A stretch of 64,000 nt of DNA from an uncultured Pseudomonadota bacterium (GCA_963776835.1 CAVZOB010000011.1:46651-110650); one strand, 5' to 3'; positions 49,509 to 59,794 are shown, counted from the first letter of the stretch. Notes: a model not told the origin generated them from the letters alone. Translations and numbers: made by a program.

Positions 49509-51842
49509 TTATTCTTTTTTATCATCAGTAGGTTTCCATACCGGCCCGGTGGCCGTGTCGATGACCTGGATTCCCTGGCGCAGCAGTTCATCGCGTGCAT
49601 CATCGGCGGTCTGCCAGTCTTTTTTTGCCCTGGCTTTTTCGCGGCGGCAGATCAGGGTGTTCATGGCCGGGGCCAGGGGACAGCCCTGCAACCGGAAAAT
49701 CTGCAAGATCTGGTTGATCTTTGTGAAGCTCTCCAGAATATATTTTTTCTGGTCATGGTCAAGGTGATTGACGTGGAGGATGGGGTTGACGGTATTGATA
49801 AATTTATAGATTGCTCCCAAGCCCTTCGAGACGTTGAGGTCATCGTCCATGGCCTCGAAAAACTGCTCGCTCATGGTGGAGACAAAAGCGGCGATCTCCG
49901 GATGGGCTTTGCCCGGCGGCAGACAGAGAAGTTTGCACACGAATTCATCAATACGGCGCAGGGCGGTGCGGACGTTGATCAGTCTTTTATAGGAAAAATT
50001 CAGCGGTTTGCGGTAGTGGACCGAGAGCAGCATGAAGCGCACCTCGCGCGGAGTGAAGCCGCGCAGGAGCAGATCGTTCAGGGTCACCACATTACCAGCC
50101 TCGGTCGACATCATCTTGCCGTCCACCAGCAGCAGTTCGGAGTGCAGCCAGTATTTGGCCAGAGGCTTGCCGGTCAGGGCCTCGGCAATGGCGATCTCGT
50201 TTTCGTGGTGGGGAAAGATCAGGTTCCGGCTGCTGGTGTGGATATCGAGAGTATTGCCCAGATAACGGGTGGACATGGCGGAACATTCGATATGCCAGCC
50301 CGGCCGCACATTGCCCCAGTCGGTCTCATAAAAAATCCCTTTCTTCAACTCCGCCAGGGTGGAGCGCTTGAGCAGGGTGAAGTCGCGGGGGTTGTCCTTT
50401 TCATAGTTGTCCAGATCAACGGTTCGGCCCAGCTGGATCTTGCTCAGGTCAATGCCGGACAGGCGGCCGTAGCGCTTGAACTTGGAGATATCAAAGTAGA
50501 TGGAGCCATGTTTTTCATAGGCAAAACCCTTGTGGATCAACTCGTGGCTGATCTCGATCATATCGGCGACATGCTCCGAGGCCTTGGGGTAGCCGGTGGC
50601 CCGTTTGACACCCAGGGCATCGATTGCCTCCATGAAACCGTCAATGTATCTGCTGGTGAATTCGGCAAGCGAGACCCCGGCCTTGCTGGCGCCGTCGATG
50701 GTATTGTCGTCCAGATCAGTGAAGTTCATATAGGACTTCACTGTCAGTCCCTTGCTTTCCAGGTAGCGGGTGATCAGGTCGGTGACGATGAAACGGCGGC
50801 AGAGGGAGAGGTTGGGTGGTTCATAGGCGGTGGGACCGCAGGTGTAAAAGCTGACTTTCCCTTCAACCTGGGGAGTGAAGACCTCTTTCTGCCTGCTCAG
50901 GGTGTTGAAAAAACGCAGTTGCGATTTCTTCTCGGAGCTCTGGGTCTTGCGGGTGAAGAGGGGGGTGCTCAGATAGCGCTCGCCGCTGTCCGGGAGCAGG
51001 GTGACGATGAAGCCCTCCTCCAGTTTCTCGGCCAGATTGATGGCGGCAAAGATGGCCGCGCCGCTGCTCATGCCCACCAGCAGCCCCTCCTTGCGGGCCA
51101 GCATCCTGGCCATGTGAAAGGCGTCTTCATCCGCAACATTGACGATCTCGCTGGCCCTTGACTTGTCAAAGATACCGGGGCGATACGATTCCTTCATGTT
51201 CTTCAGCCCCTGGATCTTGTGGCCGAGATAGGGTTCCACCGCAATGATCCGCACCTGGGGGTGGTGCTCGGAAAACCAGGCATACAGTCCCATCGCCGTA
51301 CCCGAGGTGCCGAGGGTGGCCACGATATGGGTCACCTGCCCCTCCGTCTGCCGCCAGATCTCCGGAGCGGTGGTCGCGTAATGGGCCTGCCAGTTGGCCT
51401 CGTTATTAAACTGATCGGTGAGGAAATAGCGGTCCGGGTGCTCACGGGCCAGGGCGTAGGTCTTTTCAATGGCCCCATCGGTGCTTCTGTGGGCCGGAGT
51501 GAGCAGGATCTCGGCGCCATAGGCCTGCATGATCTTGCGGCGCTCCAGCGATGCGGCCTCGGACATGATCAGCTGGCAGCGGTAGCCTTTGGCCGCGCAG
51601 ACCATGGCCAGCCCGATTCCCGTATTGCCGCTGGTGGCCTCGAGGACGATCTTGTCGGGGGTCAGTTCCCCGCTCTTTTCGCCGGCCTCGATCATAGCAA
51701 GGGCGATCCGCTCTTTTACCGAGCCGCCGGGGTTGGAGGACTCCAGCTTGCCATAGAGACGAACCTGGGTATCGGGGCACAGCCGATTGATCCGGATCAG
51801 GGGGGTATTGCCAATGGCCTCTAGGACTGAGTTATAGAGCAT
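49509..51842 (-). CDS. Fusion protein: cysteine synthase (PLP, CysK/CysM-like) + cysteinyl-tRNA-synthetase-like domain with degenerate HIGH/KMSKS
   Basis: 777 aa, intact. Residues 1-300 carry GGSVKERIAL, TSGNTGIGLA and GTSGT (cysteine synthase fold). Residues about 310-777 are collinear with CysRS (FYTCGPT, RPGWHIECSAM, FPHHENEIA, anticodon-domain-like tail). HIGH is replaced by NLSL, HGGGxDL by HTSSRNL and KMSKS by KMMST. Confidence 0.85.
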   Translation of the reverse strand: MLYNSVLEAIGNTPLIRINRLCPDTQVRLYGKLESSNPGGSVKERIALAMIEAGEKSGELTPDKIVLEATSGNTGIGLAMVCAAKGYRCQLIMSEAASLERRKIMQAYGAEILLTPAHRSTDGAIEKTYALAREHPDRYFLTDQFNNEANWQAHYATTAPEIWRQTEGQVTHIVATLGTSGTAMGLYAWFSEHHPQVRIIAVEPYLGHKIQGLKNMKESYRPGIFDKSRASEIVNVADEDAFHMARMLARKEGLLVGMSSGAAIFAAINLAEKLEEGFIVTLLPDSGERYLSTPLFTRKTQSSEKKSQLRFFNTLSRQKEVFTPQVEGKVSFYTCGPTAYEPPNLSLCRRFIVTDLITRYLESKGLTVKSYMNFTDLDDNTIDGASKAGVSLAEFTSRYIDGFMEAIDALGVKRATGYPKASEHVADMIEISHELIHKGFAYEKHGSIYFDISKFKRYGRLSGIDLSKIQLGRTVDLDNYEKDNPRDFTLLKRSTLAELKKGIFYETDWGNVRPGWHIECSAMSTRYLGNTLDIHTSSRNLIFPHHENEIAIAEALTGKPLAKYWLHSELLLVDGKMMSTEAGNVVTLNDLLLRGFTPREVRFMLLSVHYRKPLNFSYKRLINVRTALRRIDEFVCKLLCLPPGKAHPEIAAFVSTMSEQFFEAMDDDLNVSKGLGAIYKFINTVNPILHVNHLDHDQKKYILESFTKINQILQIFRLQGCPLAPAMNTLICRREKARAKKDWQTADDARDELLRQGIQVIDTATGPVWKPTDDKKE

Positions 51843-51854
51843 GAGTATTCCTTA

Positions 51855-51964
51855 GGAATTACGAATTACGAATTAGAAATTACGAATGAATTACGAAATG
51901 ATGAAGTGAATTCCAAGGTGTTTTTAATTCATAATTCATAATTCGTAATTAGTAATTCGTCATT
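51855..51964. repeat. Imperfect palindrome built from AATTACG heptamers
   Basis: The left arm is GG(AATTACG)2AATTAGAAATTACGAATGAATTACG. The right arm is made of CGTAATT-type units (ATAATTCGTAATTAGTAATTCGT). It lies between the DUF721 stop and the fusion-gene start. Confidence 0.7.
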
Positions 51965-51998
51965 GATCGGTCAAGTCCTTTCTCCGCCGGAAGCCCCC

Positions 51999-52469
51999 TC
52001 AACTTTTTTGGCAGGAGTGGGAGAGGTACCAGAGGCTCATTAGGGAATCCCTGATTTTTTCGTCCTCAATGGTGGAGATCTGTTTCTGGAAGCAATCCTG
52101 GGCAGCGGGAGAGGGCTGAACAAAGTGCACGGTCTGTTTGGCGGGCTCCACTGTCTTGTGGCTGTTGCTCAGGGTGAATCTGATATCTTCAAGACGGGAG
52201 AGACGTAACGACTTGTTCAAGATCTCGAGAAGGTGGATCTTCTGAAATTGGAATTGCTGCATCCAGGCGGAGTTACTGATCTCAAGCCAGAGGACATTGT
52301 GCAGGATCTTCAGAGGGCGGGCGTGGACGCTGGTGTCCGTGTCAACCAGTTTGTCCCAATGCAGGAAAATAGAGTGGATATCCAGCTGCTTACGCCACCC
52401 CTGTTTGTTGCTGATTCCGGAAAGCAGGCTGGCAACATTCCGGGGATCATTGTGGCCATATTTTTTCAT
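51999..52469 (-). CDS. DUF721 (DciA-like) protein
   Basis: 156 aa. W..IVG..VA..T.P-like core is seen as FLHWDKLVDTDTSVHARPLKILHNVLWLEISNSAWMQQFQFQK. The family call is from pattern memory. Confidence 0.55.
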   Translation of the reverse strand: MKKYGHNDPRNVASLLSGISNKQGWRKQLDIHSIFLHWDKLVDTDTSVHARPLKILHNVLWLEISNSAWMQQFQFQKIHLLEILNKSLRLSRLEDIRFTLSNSHKTVEPAKQTVHFVQPSPAAQDCFQKQISTIEDEKIRDSLMSLWYLSHSCQKS

Positions 52470-52504
52470 TGTCTGCTGGAGCTGCGTTCAGAGATGAAAG
52501 GCCC

Positions 52505-54559
52505 CTACAAGCTGGCCGTGATGGTGCGGATGTAGGTCTGCAGTCCCTGGACGATTTCAGTGGCCAGAGCGTTCTGATACCCTTCTTTCTTCACTTGATT
52601 GGCATCTGTCTTGTTGCTGATAAAAGCCATTTCAACCAGGATTGCCGGCATCTCCGCGCCGATCAGGACATAAAAAGGGGCCTGTTTGACCCCGAGGCTT
52701 TTTACCTGCGGGTATTTCCTGCCGGTCAGTCCTGAGGAGAGCGCGTCCTGAACCTTATGGGCCAGCCGGGATGATTCATCAATCTTGGAGTTTTTCATGA
52801 TATCGGAGAGGATGGTCTGCAGGTCACTCAATTGATGGGTCGAGGTTGCATTCTCCACGGCGGCCACGCGGATGGCCTCGGTATCGGCGGTCAGGTTCAG
52901 ATAATAGGTCTCAAAACCATGGATCTTCGGAGAGGAATGGGCGTTGAGGTGCAGGGAGATGAAGAGGTCCGCGCTGTTGGCATTGGCAACGGCGGTTCGT
53001 TCTTCCAGCGAGATATAGGTGTCGTCGTTTCTGGTAAGAATGACCTCGTATCCCATCTCCTTCTTGAGTTTGATGGCAAGTTTTTTTGCCACCTGCAGGA
53101 CGAGATCCTTTTCCTGCATGCCAAAGGCGGAGGCGCCGGGGTCTCTCCCTCCATGGCCGGGATCGAGCACGATACGGTGAACTCCCAGGTTTAATTGCTG
53201 GGCCAGGGAGAGTGGAGAGGAGGTGAGGGGAGCGTTGAGCTCCGGCGCCGGTTTTTTGCCCTTGGCAGGGATCTTGTTCTTTTTGTAATCCTGGAGGATC
53301 AGAATCGGTGCCTCTTCAGCGTTTGTTGCAGGCAGGCTGGTTGTGAGGTGCCCTTCAGCCAGTCGCTTCGCTAATCTGGGCTTGATTAATCTTGGACCAT
53401 CCTTGGCCTCCGGCCCCGGAACAATCGACGCTGTGTCATCACTGGCAACCATCCCTGGATCAGGCGCCACTGAGGAGTCGATACCCTGCGCCTCTGGCGG
53501 CGCGTTTTTTCCCCCGACGGCGACATTGGTCCCATTGCTTTGTCCGTGTACGTCCACAATAACCCTGAAGGGGTCGGGAAGGCTATAGATCTTGTAACTT
53601 TTGATGGACTCGATGTCGAGAACAACCCGGACAGTATCCGGAGAGAACTGCGCGGTGCGGACCTGTTGGAGCAACCCGTCCCGGATGGGGACCGGGGCGC
53701 GGTACTGGGGCTCAATGTAGCTCTTGTCAAAATCGATGAAGAGGCGTCGGGGTTGTTCTCCAACTTTTTCCAGCAATTCTTCCCTATAGGTGACGGGACG
53801 CGAGGTGTTGATCACGATCCGGGTGTAATTATTGGATGACCAGTACTTTACCGGCAGGACGTAGGAACGGTTCTTCACATTGGGAAGTTCAGCGGTGGCG
53901 ACATCCGTGGGCGGAGAAATGTCCTTAGGCGGTGGAAAACCATCGGCCTTTGCCGGCGGGGAGGGAAGCGGGGTATTGAAATCCTTGGCCAGGGATTTAA
54001 GCTTTTCCATGGAGGTGTCCACCAGATCACCATTGTAATACTCGGAAATGATTCTGGTGTATATCCTGGCGGCCTCCTGTGGATTTTTTTTGTCTTCAAG
54101 CTGGATACGCCCCAGAGTGAACAGGGAATCATCGGCCAGCTGATGCCAGGGAAAAAGGGTGGTGACGTCCTGATAATATTTCAGGGCTGTCTCCAGATCG
54201 GCCGCATCATTGAATTGTTGGTATCTGCTGTACGTTATCCGGCCAAGCATGAACAGGCTGGCGGGGGCGTATGTGGATGTGGGGTGAAGATCAAGAATTG
54301 TTTGAAAATTTTTGCTGGCTTTATCCCACTCTTCCGGTAAGTTGACACGTTCTTTGTCATTCCTCAGCTCAGTGAAAGATGCGGTGGCCTGGTCAAACTT
54401 TTTGACCAGCTTGTCCTTCTGAACAGGGACTTTTTTTGTGGCCATGCTCTGGCCAGGGTCCTCTTTTCCTGCCACTGCTTCAGCACAAAAGAGAGGCCGA
54501 ATGGTCAATTGCAGAATGCCCAGGGTGGCCAAGAGATAAATGACGAGAAGACGGCGCAT
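52505..54559 (-). CDS. N-acetylmuramoyl-L-alanine amidase with N-terminal TPR-like region and AMIN domain
   Basis: Has a signal peptide. The AMIN-like block is VKYWSSNNYTRIVINT...VRVVLDI. The C-terminal Amidase_3 domain is IVLDPGHGGRDPGA...FISLHLNAH...PAILVEMAFISN. Confidence 0.9.
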   Translation of the reverse strand: MRRLLVIYLLATLGILQLTIRPLFCAEAVAGKEDPGQSMATKKVPVQKDKLVKKFDQATASFTELRNDKERVNLPEEWDKASKNFQTILDLHPTSTYAPASLFMLGRITYSRYQQFNDAADLETALKYYQDVTTLFPWHQLADDSLFTLGRIQLEDKKNPQEAARIYTRIISEYYNGDLVDTSMEKLKSLAKDFNTPLPSPPAKADGFPPPKDISPPTDVATAELPNVKNRSYVLPVKYWSSNNYTRIVINTSRPVTYREELLEKVGEQPRRLFIDFDKSYIEPQYRAPVPIRDGLLQQVRTAQFSPDTVRVVLDIESIKSYKIYSLPDPFRVIVDVHGQSNGTNVAVGGKNAPPEAQGIDSSVAPDPGMVASDDTASIVPGPEAKDGPRLIKPRLAKRLAEGHLTTSLPATNAEEAPILILQDYKKNKIPAKGKKPAPELNAPLTSSPLSLAQQLNLGVHRIVLDPGHGGRDPGASAFGMQEKDLVLQVAKKLAIKLKKEMGYEVILTRNDDTYISLEERTAVANANSADLFISLHLNAHSSPKIHGFETYYLNLTADTEAIRVAAVENATSTHQLSDLQTILSDIMKNSKIDESSRLAHKVQDALSSGLTGRKYPQVKSLGVKQAPFYVLIGAEMPAILVEMAFISNKTDANQVKKEGYQNALATEIVQGLQTYIRTITASL

Positions 54560-54935
54560 GGCTTAGGGTCTGTGGTTGTTTGTTTGGTAAATAAATACCA
54601 GTGGCTCTCAAGACTACCTTGCGGGAAAAGAAGTACGGATTGGAAAAATGTATTCTGAACTGATTGGGGTAAACTATACCTAAAAGCTGGCTGGATGGCA
54701 AAAGAAAATATGCATCCCTGCGGAAGGCTGTTCTCTGTGTGTAAATGATGGAGAAGATGAGGACGGGCACCGGTTTAGTCACAAAAGTCAGTAGTGTCCG
54801 GTTAGAATCTTGCATTACTATCAAAAAAAATCGCTCACCCCAGGGGAGTGGGAGTAAATATTTTGAGTGCAATTTTTAAACCGCACATTACTGCACAAAA
54901 GGATCAGTTGTTTTTGTATGACGGCTTCCCCGGCA

Positions 54936-57607
54936 TCAATCTTTAACCATGGCCTCCAGTTCATAGAGGATCTCCAGGGCCTGCCGGGGTGAGAGACCAT
55001 CGGCCTTGATCTTCTGCAGGTAGTCACGCAGGGGATCCGCCGGCGGGGTAAAAAGGGAAAGCTGGCTGGGGTGTTGTTTCCTTTTGCCCTTTTTCTCGCC
55101 GCGATCCCTGGCGATGCAGGGTCTGCCCTCCCGGTCCAGCTCCCCGGTCTCAATATTGGCCAGGATCTCTCCTGCCCGTTGAACGACCCTGGCCGGCACC
55201 CCGGCGAGTGCTGCCACCTGGATGCCGTAACTGCGGTTGGTGCCGCCCTCCACCAGTTTATGCAGAAAGATGATGGTGTCATTCCATTCCCGCACGGCAA
55301 TGGAGTAGTTGCGCACCCGGGGCTGGGTGCGGGCCAGATCGGTGAGCTCGTGATAGTGGGTGGCAAAGAGGGTCTTCACCCCCTTGTTATTTTTGGCGAC
55401 CAGGTCCTCGGCCACGGCCCAGGCGATGGCCAGACCGTCAAAGGTGGAGGTGCCGCGTCCGATCTCATCGAGGATCACCAGGCTGCGCTCGGTGGCGTTG
55501 TTGAGGATGTTGGCGGTCTCGTTCATCTCCACCATGAAGGTGGACTGGCCGCGCCGCAGATCGTCCATGGCCCCGACCCGGGTGAAGATCCGGTCAACCA
55601 CCCCGATTACGGCGCTGTCCGCCGGGACAAAGGAGCCCATCTGGGCCATGAGCACGATGAGCGCCGTCTGCCGCAGCACTGTTGATTTGCCGGCCATGTT
55701 GGGGCCGGTGATGATCAGCACCTCCTGGCTCTCCTGGTCGAGGGCGACATCGTTGGGCACGAACTTGCCGCTGGGCATTGAGCGTTCAATCACCGGGTGC
55801 CTGCCCTCGCTGATGACAATGGCCTCGCCGTCGTTCACCTCCGGCCTCCGGTAGTGATAGCGCTGCGCGCATTCGGCCAGCGCCACAAAAAAATCAACCT
55901 GGGCCAGCAGCTGCGCGGTCTTGATCAGGCGCGGGCTCTCGGCGGCCAGTTGTTTGCGGATCCGGGTGAAGAGCTGGTATTCCAGCTCCAAGCCGCTTCT
56001 CCTGGGCGCCCGTGACCTTGTCCTCAAACTCTTTCAGCTCCGGGGTGATGAAGCGTTCGGCATTGACCAGGGTCTGTTTGCGGATGTAATGATCCGGCAC
56101 CTTCTCGGCCTGGAGCCTGCTGACCTCGATGAAATAGCCGAAGACGCGGTTGTAGCCGACCTTGAGCTTGCCAATGCCGGTGGCTGCCCGCTCCTTGTTC
56201 TCCAGCTCCAGGATCATCTGTTTGCCGTCCCGGAGCAGGTGGACCAGCTCGTCGAGCTCCTGGTTATAGCCTGCGCGGATCAGGTTGCCGTCGCGCAGGG
56301 TGACGGGGGCATCCTCATGGATGGCCTCCTCCAGCAGTTGGTGCAGCTCCCCCAGTGGGTCAAGATCGGCACCGATGTCCAGGAGCCGTGCGGCGCTGCA
56401 TCGGGCCAGCAGTGTTTTGATGGCGGGCAGGATGGCCAGGGATTGGCGCATGGCCAGCATATCCCGGCCATTGGCGTTGCCCAGCACCATCCGGCTGTTC
56501 AACCGTTCAAGGTCATAAATGGTGGCCAGCTGCGCCCGGAACTCCTGGCGCAGGGTACTGTCCTTGAACAGCGCGCCGACTGCGTCCAGTCGGGCCGTAA
56601 TCCGGTCCACATCCTGAAGGGGAAAGAGCAGATGATGCCTGAGCAGACGGGCGCCCATGGGGGTGCAGGTCTGATCGAGCACGGCCAGAAGCGACCCTTC
56701 CCGCCGGGTGCCGATGATGGTCTGGGTCAGCTCCAGGTTGCGGCGCGAGGACTCGTCAATCTGGAGGATGGCGGCAAGGTCTATGGGGCGCAATATCTCA
56801 ATATGGTCCAGCTCGGTCTTCTGGGTCTCGCGGATGTAGTCGAGCAGCACCCCGGCACAGACAATCCCCTGGACCATGGCCCCGCAGCCGAAACCTGCCA
56901 GGTTCAGCACCTGGAAATGATCGGTCAGCAGCTCCTCGCAGCTGGGCAGATGGAAATAGGGTCTCCGGCCGCTCGGTGATGCAGAGCCCAGGCAGCAAGG
57001 TCTGGGCGGTCTGGAGCAGTACGGCCAGACCCTTGGCCTGATCGTGGCTGACCAGCAGTTCCGCCGGCGCCATGCGGGTCAGCTGGTCCAGAATCAGGTC
57101 ACCGGTGGCGGAGTCGTCCCGGAATTCACCCACCAGAAATTCGCCGGTGGACAGATCGAGAAAGCTGAGTCCATAGGTCACGACCCTGGCCTGTTCCTGG
57201 CGACTGATGGCGGCCACGTAGAGATTGCTCTTGTCGTCGAGGAGCTGGGCGTCGGTGACCACCCCGGGAGAGACCACCCGTATCACCTCCCGCTTGACAA
57301 TCCCTTTGGCCAGGGCCGGATCTTCGATCTGCTCGCAGATGGCCACCCTCCGGCCCGCCTTGATCAGCTTGGCCAGATAGGTCGGGGCCGCATGGTAGGG
57401 GAAACCGCACAGTGGCACCTTGTTGGCCTCATCCTTGTTGTTGCGGCTGGTGAGGGTGATGCCGAGGATCTTGGAGGCGACGATGGCATCCTCAAAGAAC
57501 ATCTCGTAAAAATCACCCATCCGGTAGAAGAGAATGGCGTCCGGGTGGCCCTGTTTGATCTCAAGGTACTGCTGGAGCATGGGGGTGATTTTCACAGCCT
57601 GGGTCAT
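54936..57607 (-). pseudogene. mutS: DNA mismatch repair protein MutS (two frameshifts in this sequence)
   Basis: TPMLQQYLEIKQGHPDAILFYRMGDFYEMFFEDA starts at 57607. The middle domain is in ORF 55894-56910. The ATPase domain (ITGPNMAGKST, LVILDEIGRGTSTFDG, FATHYHELT) is in ORF 54936-56027. Frame changes lie near 56960 and 56000. Confidence 0.9.
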
Positions 57608-57622
57608 GGTCGTTACACGTGG

Positions 57623-58141
57623 TTAAGACAGTTGCGGGAGTTCGTGGATGGCGGCCTGCAGAGCTTGCTGCCTGTCGTCGGCGTGTTCGTCGATATGCAG
57701 AATGGCGTAGGTGCCGGGAGCCCCATGCGGGCCGCTGCCCTGAAAGGTTCCCGGGTTGATGAACAGGATGCCCCCGGCTTGATGGCAGACAGCCTTATGG
57801 GTGTGGCCATAGACGATACAGTCGGCCTGGGGAAAAATGGCCCGGACTCGTTCTTCAATGGTATACCGTGGGCCCCAGGCGCCATGGCACAGCCCGATCC
57901 GGTAGCCGCCGATGGTGATCAGCCTGCTGACCGGCAGGAGTTGCCGGCTCTCCCTGCTGCACATGTTGCCATGGACCGCATGGATCTCTTTGTCGCGAAA
58001 AGCCTCAAGGACGGAGATATCGGTGAGGTCACCGGCGTGGAGGACGATGGGACATTCCGCAAAGACCGTTTCGACCTGTCTGCGAAAGGAATTTGTACAG
58101 TTGTTCAGATGGGTATCTGAAAGAATGCCGACGTGAATCAT
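57623..58141 (-). CDS. Metallophosphoesterase (YfcE/MJ0936 family)
   Basis: Motifs are ILSDTH, HAGD, GNMC-like GNxD, GHTH and INPGT. Confidence 0.85.
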   Translation of the reverse strand: MIHVGILSDTHLNNCTNSFRRQVETVFAECPIVLHAGDLTDISVLEAFRDKEIHAVHGNMCSRESRQLLPVSRLITIGGYRIGLCHGAWGPRYTIEERVRAIFPQADCIVYGHTHKAVCHQAGGILFINPGTFQGSGPHGAPGTYAILHIDEHADDRQQALQAAIHELPQLS

Positions 58142-58618
58142 GGCAAGGCTCCTGTCTATGATATGAATTTCCTTTTTATTATACTGAAGCGCTCTTGTGG
58201 AAGCATTGAAAAAAGAGGATCAGGTGAAAAAAGATGGACAGAAAATCACTCCTACGCCCTTTTCTGAAGCAGAGACCAAGGCTGTCATTTCAGGAAGCAG
58301 CAGTTGAAAAACATGAAGAAGTCATTATAAAACATTGTGTTGTCTTATATTTCAAAAAGTATTGCTCTGTATTCTATTGATGGGGATTTGCATTCCACTG
58401 CAATTTGATTATAGAATAAAGGTAAGAGATAAATGGATAATAAGGTCCTCAATCAATACGTCGTATTTACATCTCCAGGGATGATCATTCCTGTTTTTTT
58501 CTGTTGATGAGTGATGGTATCTTATTTTAATAATGCCATTCCCGCATAGACAGAAATTTTAGCAATCATAAGGCGGCAAGGGCAGAAGTAAAACTTTATT
58601 CTCACTTAAGGAGGCAAT

Positions 58619-58984
58619 ATGAAAAGGATAATGATTGCAACGCTTCTTACAGGGGCATTGTTGACGGCCTGTGTAGTGGCGCCAGCAGGGCGGAGCGGCT
58701 ACTATTCAGATGGAGTAATTATGGCACCTTTTCTTCCGCCGGTCGTGGAATTGGACGCAGAACCGTATTATTATTACAATAACTATCACTATCATTACAA
58801 TAAGAACCGTTGGTATTACTCCAAGTCAAGGCGCGGTCCTTGGGCCGAATTGCCAAGAAACCGTTATCCCAGGGAGGTCCGCTTCAAGAGAAATGACAGG
58901 AGGCATGACAGGAGGCATGACCGGAACCAAGGCCGTGACCGACGGGGCAGAGATCGAGACTACGATAACCGACGTTGGGAGTGA
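58619..58984 (+). CDS. Small lipoprotein with Tyr/Asn-rich and Arg/Asp/His-rich low-complexity tail
   Basis: AAGGAGG RBS and lipobox LLTAC. The tail reads EPYYYYNNYHYHYNKNRWYY then RRHDRRHDRNQGRDRRGRDRDYDNRRWE. Confidence 0.6.
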   Translation: MKRIMIATLLTGALLTACVVAPAGRSGYYSDGVIMAPFLPPVVELDAEPYYYYNNYHYHYNKNRWYYSKSRRGPWAELPRNRYPREVRFKRNDRRHDRRHDRNQGRDRRGRDRDYDNRRWE

Positions 58985-59200
58985 CCTGCCGGCAGTGACA
59001 GTTGCGGATGGATCCTCCCAAAAAGTCCATCAGATGGGCCTTTCGTGATTATTTCCGGTCGGCGTCCGCCTTCAGATCGGACGGAGGAGGACGTACGACT
59101 GGCGATTGAACCCAAGGCAACTCAACGTAAATTGAAGCTTAATTTTTTTCCTTGTAAAGTCTTCTGAAGGTGAAAAGCAGAGATATTTGACTTTTGTATG

Positions 59201-59238
59201 CAAAACAAGAAAGACCGCCTCCCTCGAAAGGAAAGCGG
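59201..59238 (-). terminator. Rho-independent terminator downstream of hup
   Basis: On the minus strand, CCGCTTTCC-TTTCGA-GGGAGGCGG (two G-U pairs) is followed by a T-rich tract TCTTTCTTGTTTTG. Confidence 0.55.
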
Positions 59239-59374
59239 CCTGTTTGTGGCTCGAATTATGGTGACGTCTTCTTCTTCCCCCCAGGGATCATTTACCAGTC
59301 TGACATGAGGTCAGCTACATCTGCTATTTCTTCTTTGCCTGCCGGTCTTGCATTCACAGCCAAACAGCCTTCAT

Positions 59375-59650
59375 CTAGGCACAGACTGATTCTTTCAGAT
59401 TCTTGCCAACCTTGAATCTCACGGCTTTCTTTTCGGCAACCTGCATCTCTTTGCCGGTTCGGGGATTACGGACGGTACGGGCTGCCCGCGTGGTAACTGA
59501 AAAAGAGCCGAACCCGACAAGGGTAACACTCTCATCATTTACCAATGCCCTGGCAATGACATCCAACACTGATTTCATGGCTTTCTCTGCTGCAACCTTG
59601 GTAAGGCCCGCTGATTCGGCAACCTTGCTGACAAGTTCTGATTTGTTCAT
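59375..59650 (-). CDS. hup: HU-family DNA-binding protein
   Basis: MNKSELVSKVAE...GFGSFSVTTRAARTVRNPRTGKEMQV is the canonical HU signature. Confidence 0.95.
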   Translation of the reverse strand: MNKSELVSKVAESAGLTKVAAEKAMKSVLDVIARALVNDESVTLVGFGSFSVTTRAARTVRNPRTGKEMQVAEKKAVRFKVGKNLKESVCA

Positions 59651-59794
59651 GATTGTTCCTCCGATTGATTTTGTGCTGCTGTTGTGGGACGGGTAGTCTC
59701 ATAATCTCAAAAAGAAACTACGAATGCAAGCAGGAAGAGAGAAATAATGGAATAATCGTGATCAAAACATGTGTCCAATTTTTTTTACCTCTTA

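Noticed and set aside
54560-54935. The 375-nt non-coding gap between mutS and the amidase gene, as a possible ncRNA or terminator (T8 run at about 54825 on the minus strand).
   Set aside because: The sequence preceding the T-run forms only a weak, irregular stem, and no other structure or conservation signal could be established by eye.
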